Shown here: piece by piece, positions 38,657 through 48,172 of the stretch | How positions within the stretch are numbered: the first letter of the stretch is position 1 | Layout of the letters: each line of letters opens with the position of its first letter | Source of the DNA: Acidobacteriota bacterium | Lineage (GTDB): Bacteria > Acidobacteriota > CAIWXX01 | Reading direction: 5' to 3' | Length of the DNA stretch: 64,000 nucleotides | NCBI GenBank assembly: GCA_040755995.1 | Contig: JBFMAF010000023.1 | Coordinates: 128,001 to 192,000 of the forward strand | Made by a program: the position numbers and the translations under genes | The notes under the pieces: generated by a model | What the model was told of the DNA's origin: nothing | Seen by the model: only the letters and a program-made list of their open reading frames with translations | Database searches by the model: none

Positions 38657-39100
38657 CTACGCCGCCTCGAGCTCGGACGTACAGTGCGGGCAGCGGCTGG
38701 CCCGCACCGCTATCGCTGAGAGGCAGTAGGGGCAGTCCTTGGTTGCCGGCGGCGCCGGCGCGGGCTCCTGGGTGCGTCGGAGCCGGTTCATCTGTCTCAC
38801 CACCAGGAAGATGACGATGGCCACTACGAGGAAGTCGAGGACGGTGTTGAGGAACAGGCCGTAGTTGATCGTCGCCGCCCCGGCCTCCTTGGCCTCCGTG
38901 AGAGAGGCGTAGGACGCCCCGGAGAGGTTGAGGAAGAGATTGGAGAAATCCACCCTCCCCATCAGCAGGCCGATCGGCGGCATGATGACATCATTGACCA
39001 GCGAGGTCACGATGCGCCCGAATGCGGCGCCGATGATGATGCCGACGGCCATGTCGATCACGTTGCCCTTCATGGCGAATTCTTTGAACTCTTTCAACAT
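38657..39100 (-). CDS. mscL: Large-conductance mechanosensitive channel with C-terminal CxxC-CxxC extension
   Basis: [41 protein letters not shown]. Confidence 0.96.
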   Translation of the reverse strand: MLKEFKEFAMKGNVIDMAVGIIIGAAFGRIVTSLVNDVIMPPIGLLMGRVDFSNLFLNLSGASYASLTEAKEAGAATINYGLFLNTVLDFLVVAIVIFLVVRQMNRLRRTQEPAPAPPATKDCPYCLSAIAVRASRCPHCTSELEAA

Positions 39101-39178
39101 GACTTCTCCTTTGCGCCGAATGCGGTTGACGCGAGAACGATCACCGATGCGGCCGGACCGTGTCCGGGGTTCGGGCCT

Positions 39179-41242
39179 CTACGGTTGCAGGAAGATGCGG
39201 TCGATGACGCCGCCCGCCTGAATCGTGATCTCGATGGTCTTGGTGCGACCGTCGGGCCACTTGCCGGTGACCGTGTGCCGGCCCTCGACCAGGTAGAGCG
39301 TTCCTATAGGCGCGTAGTCGCAGAGTGTGCCGTCGAGGCACACTTCGCAGTTTTCAGGCATCGTCGAAACGCCCTTGAGCGTGCCGACGCGCGGGAGCTC
39401 GATGGTCTGTGTCCTATTGCTCGACACCTGCACCGGGATAGTCAGGTTCAGCAGTATGGCCTTGTTGGTGAAGCGCAGGCGGTAGTTGCCCGGAGCGAGC
39501 TGCAGCGAGCTGCGATTCGACGCCTCCTTCAGCATGCTACTGCCGGAGTAGATCCTGTATTCATAGGTGGCCATGATCTCGATCGAGCCGGGCGCCCCCA
39601 CGGGCTCCAGCTCGACAATGAGCGGTGAGACAACGGAGGCAGGATCGATGTCCTGCACGAACGATTTGAACCCGGCGTGCTCGATCGAGAGCTTGTGGGT
39701 GGTGCCGCAGTCAAGGGAAATCGTCGCGGGGGATTGCAGAACCTTCCGTTTATCCCCGTCGAGGCTCAGCCTGGCCCCGGCGGGTGTCGTCCTTACCTCG
39801 ATCTGCACGGGGACGGGCTCCAGAACTGCCGCGATCGGAGGCGGCTCGTGGTTCCTCTGCAGCCTGACGGGAGACGAGTAGTCCTTGTAGCACGGTTTCC
39901 TGAGCGTGACGGTCTTGACTACCTCATCCGTACTGGTGAGCGGCAGCGTGGCGGGAGTTGTCGCGTTGGCAGGTGTGCCGTCGAGCAGCACCTGGGCTCC
40001 AGGCGGTTCCGACTCGATCCGGAGAGAGACCGCAATAGGAGCGCCGCCCGCCGGCCATCCCCAATCCGGATTGTACATGCGAATGATCAGGAATCCCAGA
40101 ACACCGGCCAGGACGAGCAGAAGCGCCAGCGAAATCACCTTTGAGCGCGAGGTGATTGCGACCCGGTCCGCATCCGCCGCAGGCGGTGCCACTGAGGCGC
40201 CTGGGAGGGCCGGCGCTCTGCCGGTGCCCTGCAGCGGGTACGAGGTGCTTTCCGGCAGCCTGGCGGTGACTTCGCGCGGCGGGGGCGCCTGGCTGGTGCT
40301 CAACAGCTGCGTTCGTGTGGGCACCTGGAGCAGGGCAGTGGGACTGATCGAGTCGCCCGTGGACGTCACGAGCGGAGTGAAGGACTGCGTCTCGTGCAGT
40401 ATGTGCAACCGGATTGCCGCAACGAACTCCGCCGCCCTCTGGAAGCGCTTCTCCGGATCCTTCGCCAGCGCACGCAGGAAAACCTTGTCCCAGTCCTGCA
40501 GCGTAGTTCCCAGTCGATCCAGGCCGCGCGGGCGGATCGGGTTTTCGAAGACGATCTTGTACAGAAGATTCGGTATGGTCGAGCCCTGGAAGGGCTTCTC
40601 GTTCGTGAGCAGCTCGAAGGCCATGACGGCCAGCGAGAATAGATCGCAGCGGTGGTCGACCTTGCCCTCGCTGGCCTGCTCGGGCGAGATGTAGCTCGGC
40701 GTTCCGACGAAGGTGCCGGTACGGGTGGAGGTGGAGTCCATCATCTTCGCGATGCCGAAGTCCATGACCTTCACCTTGCCGGTCTTGTCGATCATGATGT
40801 TGCCGGGCTTGATGTCGCGGTGGATGATGCCTTTCTCGTGAGCGAAATCGAGCGCACTGCCGACCTGGGCTAGGATCTCGCAGACCTGACGCTTGTCGAG
40901 TGTTGTGTCGGCAGACATGTAAGTGGCCAGGGTTTTCCCATCGATGAGCTCCATCGCCAGGAACGGCACACCCTCATGGTCGCCGAGGTCGTAGAGAGTG
41001 ACGATGTTGGGGTGAGCGAGTATGGCAGAGGCGCGCGCCTCGTGATAGAACCGCTGGCATACCTCCTGGTACTTCTCCGAGGATTTCTCGACGTCCAGCC
41101 GGATCGTCTTGATCGCCACCGGCCGATGGATGAGAGTGTCCATGGCCTTGTACACGGTGCCCATGGCGCCTTCGCCGATCTTCTCGACAATCCGGAACCG
41201 CCCGATCTGGGCGGGAATGGACGCCTCGCTGAACGTGCTCAT
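39179..41242 (-). CDS. Ser/Thr protein kinase with TM helix and PEGA domains
   Basis: IGEGAMGTVY, VAIK, HRDIKPGN, DFGIAK, GTPSYISPEQ; SEPPGAQVLLDG. Confidence 0.95.
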   Translation of the reverse strand: MSTFSEASIPAQIGRFRIVEKIGEGAMGTVYKAMDTLIHRPVAIKTIRLDVEKSSEKYQEVCQRFYHEARASAILAHPNIVTLYDLGDHEGVPFLAMELIDGKTLATYMSADTTLDKRQVCEILAQVGSALDFAHEKGIIHRDIKPGNIMIDKTGKVKVMDFGIAKMMDSTSTRTGTFVGTPSYISPEQASEGKVDHRCDLFSLAVMAFELLTNEKPFQGSTIPNLLYKIVFENPIRPRGLDRLGTTLQDWDKVFLRALAKDPEKRFQRAAEFVAAIRLHILHETQSFTPLVTSTGDSISPTALLQVPTRTQLLSTSQAPPPREVTARLPESTSYPLQGTGRAPALPGASVAPPAADADRVAITSRSKVISLALLLVLAGVLGFLIIRMYNPDWGWPAGGAPIAVSLRIESEPPGAQVLLDGTPANATTPATLPLTSTDEVVKTVTLRKPCYKDYSSPVRLQRNHEPPPIAAVLEPVPVQIEVRTTPAGARLSLDGDKRKVLQSPATISLDCGTTHKLSIEHAGFKSFVQDIDPASVVSPLIVELEPVGAPGSIEIMATYEYRIYSGSSMLKEASNRSSLQLAPGNYRLRFTNKAILLNLTIPVQVSSNRTQTIELPRVGTLKGVSTMPENCEVCLDGTLCDYAPIGTLYLVEGRHTVTGKWPDGRTKTIEITIQAGGVIDRIFLQP

Positions 41243-41464
41243 CGCATCGCCGGCAGAAACGGTGCATCGGTCGGTGAGGCCACTGCACTCGATCGAGGCG
41301 CGCTCGAGAGCGTCGAGGGCAATCCGAGCCCCGCTTCGCCAAAGCACCGTCCCAGAATCAATCGCGCTCCTTCATCCATGCATGGATCGATCGATGCCTC
41401 GCAGCGTGGTCACCCTACAGGGTCAACACCAGGATTATACTCAACCTCGTGCCCGCCCGGCAAT

Positions 41465-41678
41465 TATACAGCGCGACATAAGTCGCGCTGTATGCGCGTG
41501 GGGGTTCCGGGGGAGGCCTCGCGCAGAGGCCTCCCCCGGCGGGGTACGTGGGGAGGGCCCAGGCCTTGCGCGGCCGGACGGCCGCAGATGCAAGGCCTGA
41601 GGCCATCCCCGCGAATACAGCGCGTCATAGCCTGCCTCTACTCGTCGAACCTGTCGTGGACTTATGACGCGCTGTATA
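41465..41678. repeat. 214-bp multi-hairpin MITE/REPIN-like element
   Basis: Terminal inverted repeat TATACAGCGCGACATAAGTC / GACTTATGACGCGCTGTATA (1 mismatch in 20) with several internal perfect stems. Confidence 0.75.
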
Positions 41679-41706
41679 GGCCCGCGCTTCCGCGGACGCT
41701 GCGGGG

Positions 41707-44484
41707 TCATTGAGCCACGGCGCTGTCAAGAACCTCGCGGACCATCCTCGCCAATGCCTCCGGCGTGAAGGGCTTCTGGAGGAAATCGGCTGGGGCTCCG
41801 ACGATCGCCTGTCCGGCCACCGCTCCATCCGCGTACCCGGAGACGTAGACCACCTTGGTCGCCGGCCGCGTGGTGCGCAGGCGCTGCGCGAGCTCGTGTC
41901 CGCCGAATCCCGGCATGACGACGTCGGTCACGATCAGGTGGATGGTGTTCTCGTAGCGCGCGCAGAGATCCATTGCCTCCGCTCCATTGGCGGCCTCGAG
42001 CACATGATAGCCGTTCATGGAAAGGATCTCGCACGTCATGTTCCGGACCACTCTGTCGTCTTCGACTACGAGCACGGTTTCCCAGCCTTGCGGCAGGATG
42101 ACGGGCACCTTGTCCGCTTCATCGGACCGTGCTGCCTCTTCGACCAGCGGAAGGTAGATGGTGAAGCTGGCGCCGCGCCCCGCTTCGCTCTGGACCGAGA
42201 TGCTCCCGCCGCTCTGCTTGACGATGCCGTACACCGTGGAGAGTCCCAGGCCGGTGCCCTTGCCAACCTCCTTGGTGCTGAAGAACGGCTCGAAGAGGTG
42301 CGACTTGACGTGATCATCCATGCCCTGGCCGGTGTCGGTGATGGAGAGCATGGCGTGCGGGCCCGGTTGGCCACCCATCGTGCTCCTTGCGTGGCCCTCG
42401 TCGAGCTCGCAATTCTGCGTTCGGATCGTGATCACTCCTCCGGCCGGCATGGCGTCCCGGGCGTTGACGGCAAGATTCATGATCACCTGCTGGATCTGGC
42501 CCCGGTCGGCCTTGATCCTCCCGAGTCCGGGCTCCAGCGCGGACCGCAGCTCGATATCCTCCCCGATCATAGCTCGCAGCATCTTGTCCATCTCTCGGAT
42601 GATCGCGTTGAGGTCGAGGATCTGAGGCTGAAGCACCTGTTTGCGGCTGAAGGCAAGGAGTTGCTGCGTCAGAGACTTGGCGCGCTCTCCGGCGTTCTTG
42701 ATCTCCTCCACCTGCCGCCGCAGCGGATGCCCTTCGCCGAGGCGCATGAGCAGCAAGTCTGAGTATCCCATGATCGCCGTGAGGAGATTGTTGAAGTCAT
42801 GCGCCACTCCACCTGCCAGCCGTCCCACCGCCTCCATCTTCTGCGACTGCCGCAGCTGCTCCTCGAGCTGCCTGCGCTCGGTTATATCCAGGCCGATCGC
42901 GAGCACGCCCTGCGTGCCTCCGGCCGCATCCGTGAGCGTCTTGGCGTGCCATTCGATCTCCCGCTCGCGCCCGTCCTTCGTCACGATCGGGTTCACGCTA
43001 CCTTGCAGATGGCCCTGGCGTATCACCCGCGAAAACACCTCGCGGATACGGTCGCGGTCCCGCGCGGGCAGGAATACAGCGAACCACTCCTTGCCCTCCA
43101 CCTCATCGAGCCGATAACCGGACACTTCCTCCATGTAGCGGTTGAACCGCATCACCTTCCCCTGCGGATCCAGCACAAGAACAATGGCCTGCGCTGTCTC
43201 GATGATGCTTTCTGCAAACTCCCTGCGGAACCGCAGCTCCTCCTCCGCCGCCTTCCACTCAGTGACGTCCCGTTGCGTCCCCCAGGCCCTCACCAGGTAC
43301 CCGTTCTCGACGATCCCGATCAGGTTGTTCACGAAGGTCCTTCGATTCCCATACCGGTCCACCTCGTGCGACTCGGCATCTGTCAGCCTGTAACCGGAAC
43401 GGATGAATTTCCGCAGGTACTCGATGTTGGCCGGGTCGGTGGGCACGAGTGTTTCGGCGATCGAGAGCCCCGCGATCTCCTCGGCGCGAGAGAACCCATA
43501 CATCCGGGCCATGGCATCGTTGCATTCGACCAGCCGTCCATGCTCATAGATGACGCGGATCTGCTCGTCCTCAGGGAGGTTCACCGAGAGCGGCTCGTCC
43601 GATTCATACAGCCAGATCCCCTCGCTGCTCTGGCTGATGAACGAGCGGTATCGCTCCTCACTCCTCCGAAGCGCCTCCTCCGCCTGCCTCCGCGCCGTGA
43701 TATTCCGCACCACAGCCAGGACTTCATCTTTTCCGCAGGTCACCAACCGGCACTCGAAGTTCTGCAGTCCGTTCGGAACGGCCAGCGCGTATTCGTACAC
43801 CTGCGGCTCACCGGTGGCCAGCGCCAGCTCGACGTGATGCCGCGTGGGCCCGGCCACAGCGGGCGGCAGCAGCTCTTCGATCTTCTTCCCGATGATCTGG
43901 TCGGGCGGAACATGGAGATCGCGCGTGTCCTGTGCGTGGTACCCGAGGAAATCTCCGGTGCCCGATATCCGGAACATCAGGTCGGGAATGGCGTTGAGGA
44001 TGGCCCTGTTTCTCGCTTCGCTCCTCTCGAGCGCCTCCTGCGCCAGCCGGCGCTCGGTGATGTCCACGGCCACGCCGCGGAGCTGCGCGACGCGCCCGTC
44101 GGCACCTCGCACCACGTGCACGCGGTCGCGCAGCCAGACCACACCCCCGTCCGCCGCGAGCATGCAATAGCCGAGCACGTAGTCGCGCCCGTCGCGGATC
44201 GCGTCGATCGATTGCGACAGCGTCACGTGCCGGTAGTCAGCATGAAGGTGATTCACCCAGAAATTGCGTTCCGAAAACCACTGGTGCACCGGATAGCCGA
44301 GGATCGCTTCCGCCCGATCGCTCACGAAGGTGAAACGACGACCTGCGATCTCATCTGGTGACTCGGCCGTTGGCGCTGCGACATCCGCCTCCCACACGAT
44401 TGCGTCCAGCCCCTGCACCAGCTCCAGGAAGCGCTGGTATCCGGGAGCCGGCCCGCGAGTCGGATCATCAGGCGGAGGCGACAT
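41707..44484 (-). CDS. Multi-PAS hybrid sensor histidine kinase with receiver domain
   Basis: Four PAS-like domains; AHDFNNLL, NARDAMP, GTGLGLS, DVVMP, FLQKPF. Confidence 0.95.
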   Translation of the reverse strand: MSPPPDDPTRGPAPGYQRFLELVQGLDAIVWEADVAAPTAESPDEIAGRRFTFVSDRAEAILGYPVHQWFSERNFWVNHLHADYRHVTLSQSIDAIRDGRDYVLGYCMLAADGGVVWLRDRVHVVRGADGRVAQLRGVAVDITERRLAQEALERSEARNRAILNAIPDLMFRISGTGDFLGYHAQDTRDLHVPPDQIIGKKIEELLPPAVAGPTRHHVELALATGEPQVYEYALAVPNGLQNFECRLVTCGKDEVLAVVRNITARRQAEEALRRSEERYRSFISQSSEGIWLYESDEPLSVNLPEDEQIRVIYEHGRLVECNDAMARMYGFSRAEEIAGLSIAETLVPTDPANIEYLRKFIRSGYRLTDAESHEVDRYGNRRTFVNNLIGIVENGYLVRAWGTQRDVTEWKAAEEELRFRREFAESIIETAQAIVLVLDPQGKVMRFNRYMEEVSGYRLDEVEGKEWFAVFLPARDRDRIREVFSRVIRQGHLQGSVNPIVTKDGREREIEWHAKTLTDAAGGTQGVLAIGLDITERRQLEEQLRQSQKMEAVGRLAGGVAHDFNNLLTAIMGYSDLLLMRLGEGHPLRRQVEEIKNAGERAKSLTQQLLAFSRKQVLQPQILDLNAIIREMDKMLRAMIGEDIELRSALEPGLGRIKADRGQIQQVIMNLAVNARDAMPAGGVITIRTQNCELDEGHARSTMGGQPGPHAMLSITDTGQGMDDHVKSHLFEPFFSTKEVGKGTGLGLSTVYGIVKQSGGSISVQSEAGRGASFTIYLPLVEEAARSDEADKVPVILPQGWETVLVVEDDRVVRNMTCEILSMNGYHVLEAANGAEAMDLCARYENTIHLIVTDVVMPGFGGHELAQRLRTTRPATKVVYVSGYADGAVAGQAIVGAPADFLQKPFTPEALARMVREVLDSAVAQ

Positions 44485-44490
44485 GGCTTT

Positions 44491-47430
44491 CTATTGCGGC
44501 TTCCGTGCGGGAGCTCCGTCCAGGATCTCGCGTACCTTCACCGCGAGCACGGCGGGAGTGAACGGCTTCTGCAGGAAGGCCGAGTTGCTTTCGACAGCCG
44601 CTTGCGCGACCCCCATGTCCTCGGCGTAGCCCGAGACGTAGAGAACGCCCATCTCCGGCCGCAGCGACCTCAGCCGCCGCGCCAGCTCGGGGCCGCCGAC
44701 CTGTGGCAGTACCACGTCGGCGATCACAAGGTGGATCGGGCCCGGATGTTTTTCGCAAATCGCGAGCGCCTCCGCGCCCGCGGCTGCCTCGAGCACCCGA
44801 TAGCCGTTCATCTCAAGCACCTCGCTCGTCATGCTGCGGACTGCGGTCTCATCTTCAACCAGCAGGATCGTCTCGGTGCCGCCCGCAGCGCCTGAGGATG
44901 GGCCCGCGGCGGCGGCCCCATCTCCGACTGCGGCGAGCCGCGGCAGATAGATCTTGAACGTGGACCCCTGTGCCGGCGTACTCATGACCTGGATCGTGCC
45001 GCCGCTCTGCTTGATGATGCCGTAGACCGTGCAGAGACCGAGCCCGGTTCCCTTGCCGGGCTCTTTGGTCGTGAAGAACGGCTCGAACAGGTGTGCCTGC
45101 ACCTCCGGATCCATGCCGCATCCGGTGTCGGCTATTGACAGCATGACGTGGGGACCCGCCTGGACACCTGGGTGATCGCGAGCATATGCCTCATCAAGTC
45201 TGGCGTTGGCGGTCTCGATGCGGAGCGTCCCGCCGTCCGGCATGGCGTCCCGCGCGTTGATGGCCAGGTTCAGTATGACCTGTTCGATCTGCCCCGGATC
45301 GGCCTTTGCCAGGCCGAGCGCGGGTTCCAGTATCGTTTCCAACTCGATATCCTCGCCGATGAGCCGCCGAAGCATCTTGTCCATGTCGGCCACGACCGAA
45401 TTGAGGTCGATGTCTCGCATCTGGAGCACCTGCTTGCGGCTGTATGCGAGAAGCTGGCGCGTCAACGAGGACGCCCGCTCGCCGGCCCGCTTGATCTCCT
45501 CGGCGTATCGCCTGCCCGGATCGTTGTGCGACACGCGCATGAGGAGCAGGTCGGAGTACCCCGTGATTGCAGTCAGCAGGTTGTTGAAGTCATGCGCCAC
45601 GCCGCCTGCCAATCTCCCGACCGCTTCCATTTTTTGCGACTGCCGCAGCTGCTCTTCGAGCTGCTTGCGGCTGGTCACATCGCGGATCACGAGCTGCACT
45701 GCCGGGCGGCCGTGCAGGGTCAGAGGCTCAGCAGCGACCTCCACGTCAAACGGCGTTCCATCCAGGCGGAGGAACTTCTCCTCGGCCACGGGGACCTTCT
45801 TGCGCTCGACGATCATCTGGCGCATCCTACCCAGAACGAGCTCCCGGTAGTCCGGATGCACGAAACCGATCACGGGTTTGCCGACTGCCTCATCGGGGCT
45901 CCGTACGCCGAACATCTTCATGCATGCCGAATTCACGAATACGACTTTGCCCTCGGCATGCACGACGATGGCATCCGGCGATAGCTCTACCAGTGTCCGA
46001 TATCGCTCCTCGCTTTCCCTCAGCTCCGTCTCGGCGCGTTTCCGCTCCGTTGCATCTTCGATGATCACGGCCAGTTCGTGAGCGGACCCCGTGACTCGCC
46101 TGGCGGTGAGCCGGAGGACGCGGATGTCCTGCGCGCCTGCGGCCTCGGCCGGCCGCCGCCACTCGACCTCCCGTATCGCGAGGAAGCCGGGAGAAGGAGG
46201 AGGCGGTGTGGTCGGACCTCCCGGCAGCTCGCCCGCGCTCCGCAGGTACTCATCGATGCCGGGAATTGGAAGCAGGCCCGAAAAAGGCTGGCCCAGAGTC
46301 GAATCCTGGTTGTTCCCGACCAGTTTGCAGAACGCCCGGTTCGCATATCGAATCCGGTGGTCGGCCCCCAGCCGGACGACCGAGACCGGCAGCGCCATCA
46401 TGGTCGAGCGGTAGTGCTCTTCGGCGGCAGCGGCTCGCGCGCCGTCCTCCTGCGACTGAAACCACTCTGCGCGCAACCTTCCTGTGGTCCAGAGCAGGAA
46501 CGCGAACATCGGCAGGAAGATGACCACCCAGACGCCGAGCAGAAACCAGACCACGCCGCGGATCGGGGCCACGATGTTTTGCCGCACCATGCTCACCAGT
46601 ATCGTCCAGCGCGCATTCCCAGAGCCTTCTGGGAGATGAGCAGGCGCGTACCCGGTGATCTCGGTCTCACCCGTCACAGGGTGCGGCTCTTCGACGTAGC
46701 CGGGCCCGGCCTCCAAGGACGCCCGCGTCGCAGCCATGGAATTGAGCCGGCGGAGATTGATGCGGTGAGTGGGAGTGCCGAAAGAGTCGGCTATTATGTC
46801 CCCATCTGCGTCCAACACCTGGTACTGAATTCGAGTAGGAACGCCTGCCGTGTCGCTGTAGGTCATGTATGCGCGAAGGCTCCCTTCGAGCATGGCTTGA
46901 ACGTCGACGCATGCAATGACCGCGCCCCCGAACTTCCCGGCATTGGTCCGGTACGGCCCCACGATCGAGATGGAACCGGCCCCCGGTCCGCCAAAGCAAT
47001 CGCCGGCCTCCCAAACCACGACCCTCGCATCCACCTCCGCGTTCTCGAACCACGGCCGTCGTCTCCAGTCGCCCCCCAACTCGGATGCCTCCGTCGCGGC
47101 CACCACCCAACCAGCCGCATCGGTCACGGCGATGGACTTGTAGCTCGGGAATGCCCTCTTTACGGCCTCCAGCCTGCGTGCCGCCGACGCGCGGTCTACT
47201 GCCGTCAGCGCCGGGTCCTCCACCATGAGCCGCATGGAGCCCGTGCAGGCGGCGAGCTGCAGTTCGACTTTCAGGGCGAGTTGCGTGGCGGCCAGGGACA
47301 TCCCTTCGCCAGCGGCACGCACCACGTGCGTCTGCACGCGGTACAGCGTAACCACACCCGTGATCGCAGCCAGAATCCCCAGCAGAAGAATGATCACCGG
47401 CAGGTGACGATAGGGCGCCCGTTTCTGCAC
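44491..47430 (-). CDS. Membrane hybrid histidine kinase (Cache-like, PAS, HK, receiver)
   Basis: Two TM helices flanking a periplasmic domain; AHDFNNLL, GTGLGL, FLQKPF. Confidence 0.93.
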   Translation of the reverse strand: MQKRAPYRHLPVIILLLGILAAITGVVTLYRVQTHVVRAAGEGMSLAATQLALKVELQLAACTGSMRLMVEDPALTAVDRASAARRLEAVKRAFPSYKSIAVTDAAGWVVAATEASELGGDWRRRPWFENAEVDARVVVWEAGDCFGGPGAGSISIVGPYRTNAGKFGGAVIACVDVQAMLEGSLRAYMTYSDTAGVPTRIQYQVLDADGDIIADSFGTPTHRINLRRLNSMAATRASLEAGPGYVEEPHPVTGETEITGYAPAHLPEGSGNARWTILVSMVRQNIVAPIRGVVWFLLGVWVVIFLPMFAFLLWTTGRLRAEWFQSQEDGARAAAAEEHYRSTMMALPVSVVRLGADHRIRYANRAFCKLVGNNQDSTLGQPFSGLLPIPGIDEYLRSAGELPGGPTTPPPPSPGFLAIREVEWRRPAEAAGAQDIRVLRLTARRVTGSAHELAVIIEDATERKRAETELRESEERYRTLVELSPDAIVVHAEGKVVFVNSACMKMFGVRSPDEAVGKPVIGFVHPDYRELVLGRMRQMIVERKKVPVAEEKFLRLDGTPFDVEVAAEPLTLHGRPAVQLVIRDVTSRKQLEEQLRQSQKMEAVGRLAGGVAHDFNNLLTAITGYSDLLLMRVSHNDPGRRYAEEIKRAGERASSLTRQLLAYSRKQVLQMRDIDLNSVVADMDKMLRRLIGEDIELETILEPALGLAKADPGQIEQVILNLAINARDAMPDGGTLRIETANARLDEAYARDHPGVQAGPHVMLSIADTGCGMDPEVQAHLFEPFFTTKEPGKGTGLGLCTVYGIIKQSGGTIQVMSTPAQGSTFKIYLPRLAAVGDGAAAAGPSSGAAGGTETILLVEDETAVRSMTSEVLEMNGYRVLEAAAGAEALAICEKHPGPIHLVIADVVLPQVGGPELARRLRSLRPEMGVLYVSGYAEDMGVAQAAVESNSAFLQKPFTPAVLAVKVREILDGAPARKPQ

Positions 47431-47727
47431 AGTCTACCAGTACCTTCCGACGACGGGCAGATCAACCCGCCAGCTCGCGGAGAACAACATAGCTTCCATT
47501 CTAAACCGATTCGCCCCGCGATGTTAAGCGCTTTCTTCGCACCGGGCATGATCGTTTGCCCTAGGTGAGTCACCACCTCCTCCAGCCAGCTACCGACGGG
47601 AAGACGTTCGCAACCATCCCCGCCACCAGCCTTCACCAAAGCCTTTGTATCACGCCCCTTCTCGCCCGATCCGGCCGTCGGGCCGGCGCCCGAGCAGCCG
47701 ATCGATTATACTTGTGCAAGGTGCCTG

Positions 47728-48090
47728 ATGATCGACTACAGGGCGGCTGTCGTATCGAAGGCTTATCGGATAGTCCGTGGTCCGGATTACAACCAGGTGC
47801 TCTACGATCTCCGCGAACGGCTCGAGAGCTCGCAGCCGATTTATGAAGTTGCGCTGGACGATTCGCGCTCGTGGGAGTACGTCCGGGACAATGTCTATCC
47901 GCCGATGGCCCGGTACATGAAGCGGATGAAGCTGGACCCGGTTACGGGTCACGGCCTCGTGGTCGTGGTGTTCTACGGCGGCCTCGCGCATTTCGTCCTG
48001 GGCGAGGATTTCGTGGAGGTGTTCCGGGAGATCGAGGGACTCAATGAGACTGCCTTTCACTTCCGAGTGATGCGCTGGGTGGCAGGCTGA
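47728..48090 (+). CDS. Hypothetical protein
   Basis: 120-aa ORF with host-like codon usage. Confidence 0.6.
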   Translation: MIDYRAAVVSKAYRIVRGPDYNQVLYDLRERLESSQPIYEVALDDSRSWEYVRDNVYPPMARYMKRMKLDPVTGHGLVVVVFYGGLAHFVLGEDFVEVFREIEGLNETAFHFRVMRWVAG

Positions 48091-48172
48091 AGCGTCTGTA
48101 CAGCGCTACTTGCGTCGCGCTGTATGGGCGAGGCGCGGGCCGGGCGATGAACAGGGCGCACGCCGTGCGCCC

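Noticed and set aside
41374..41387. Perfect 14-bp palindrome ATCCATGCATGGAT upstream of the kinase gene
   Set aside because: Single occurrence with no cognate regulator; cannot be supported as an operator.
41707..47430. Similarity between the two hybrid kinases as a novel duplication system
   Set aside because: The shared HisKA-HATPase-REC motifs are generic for this very common family.
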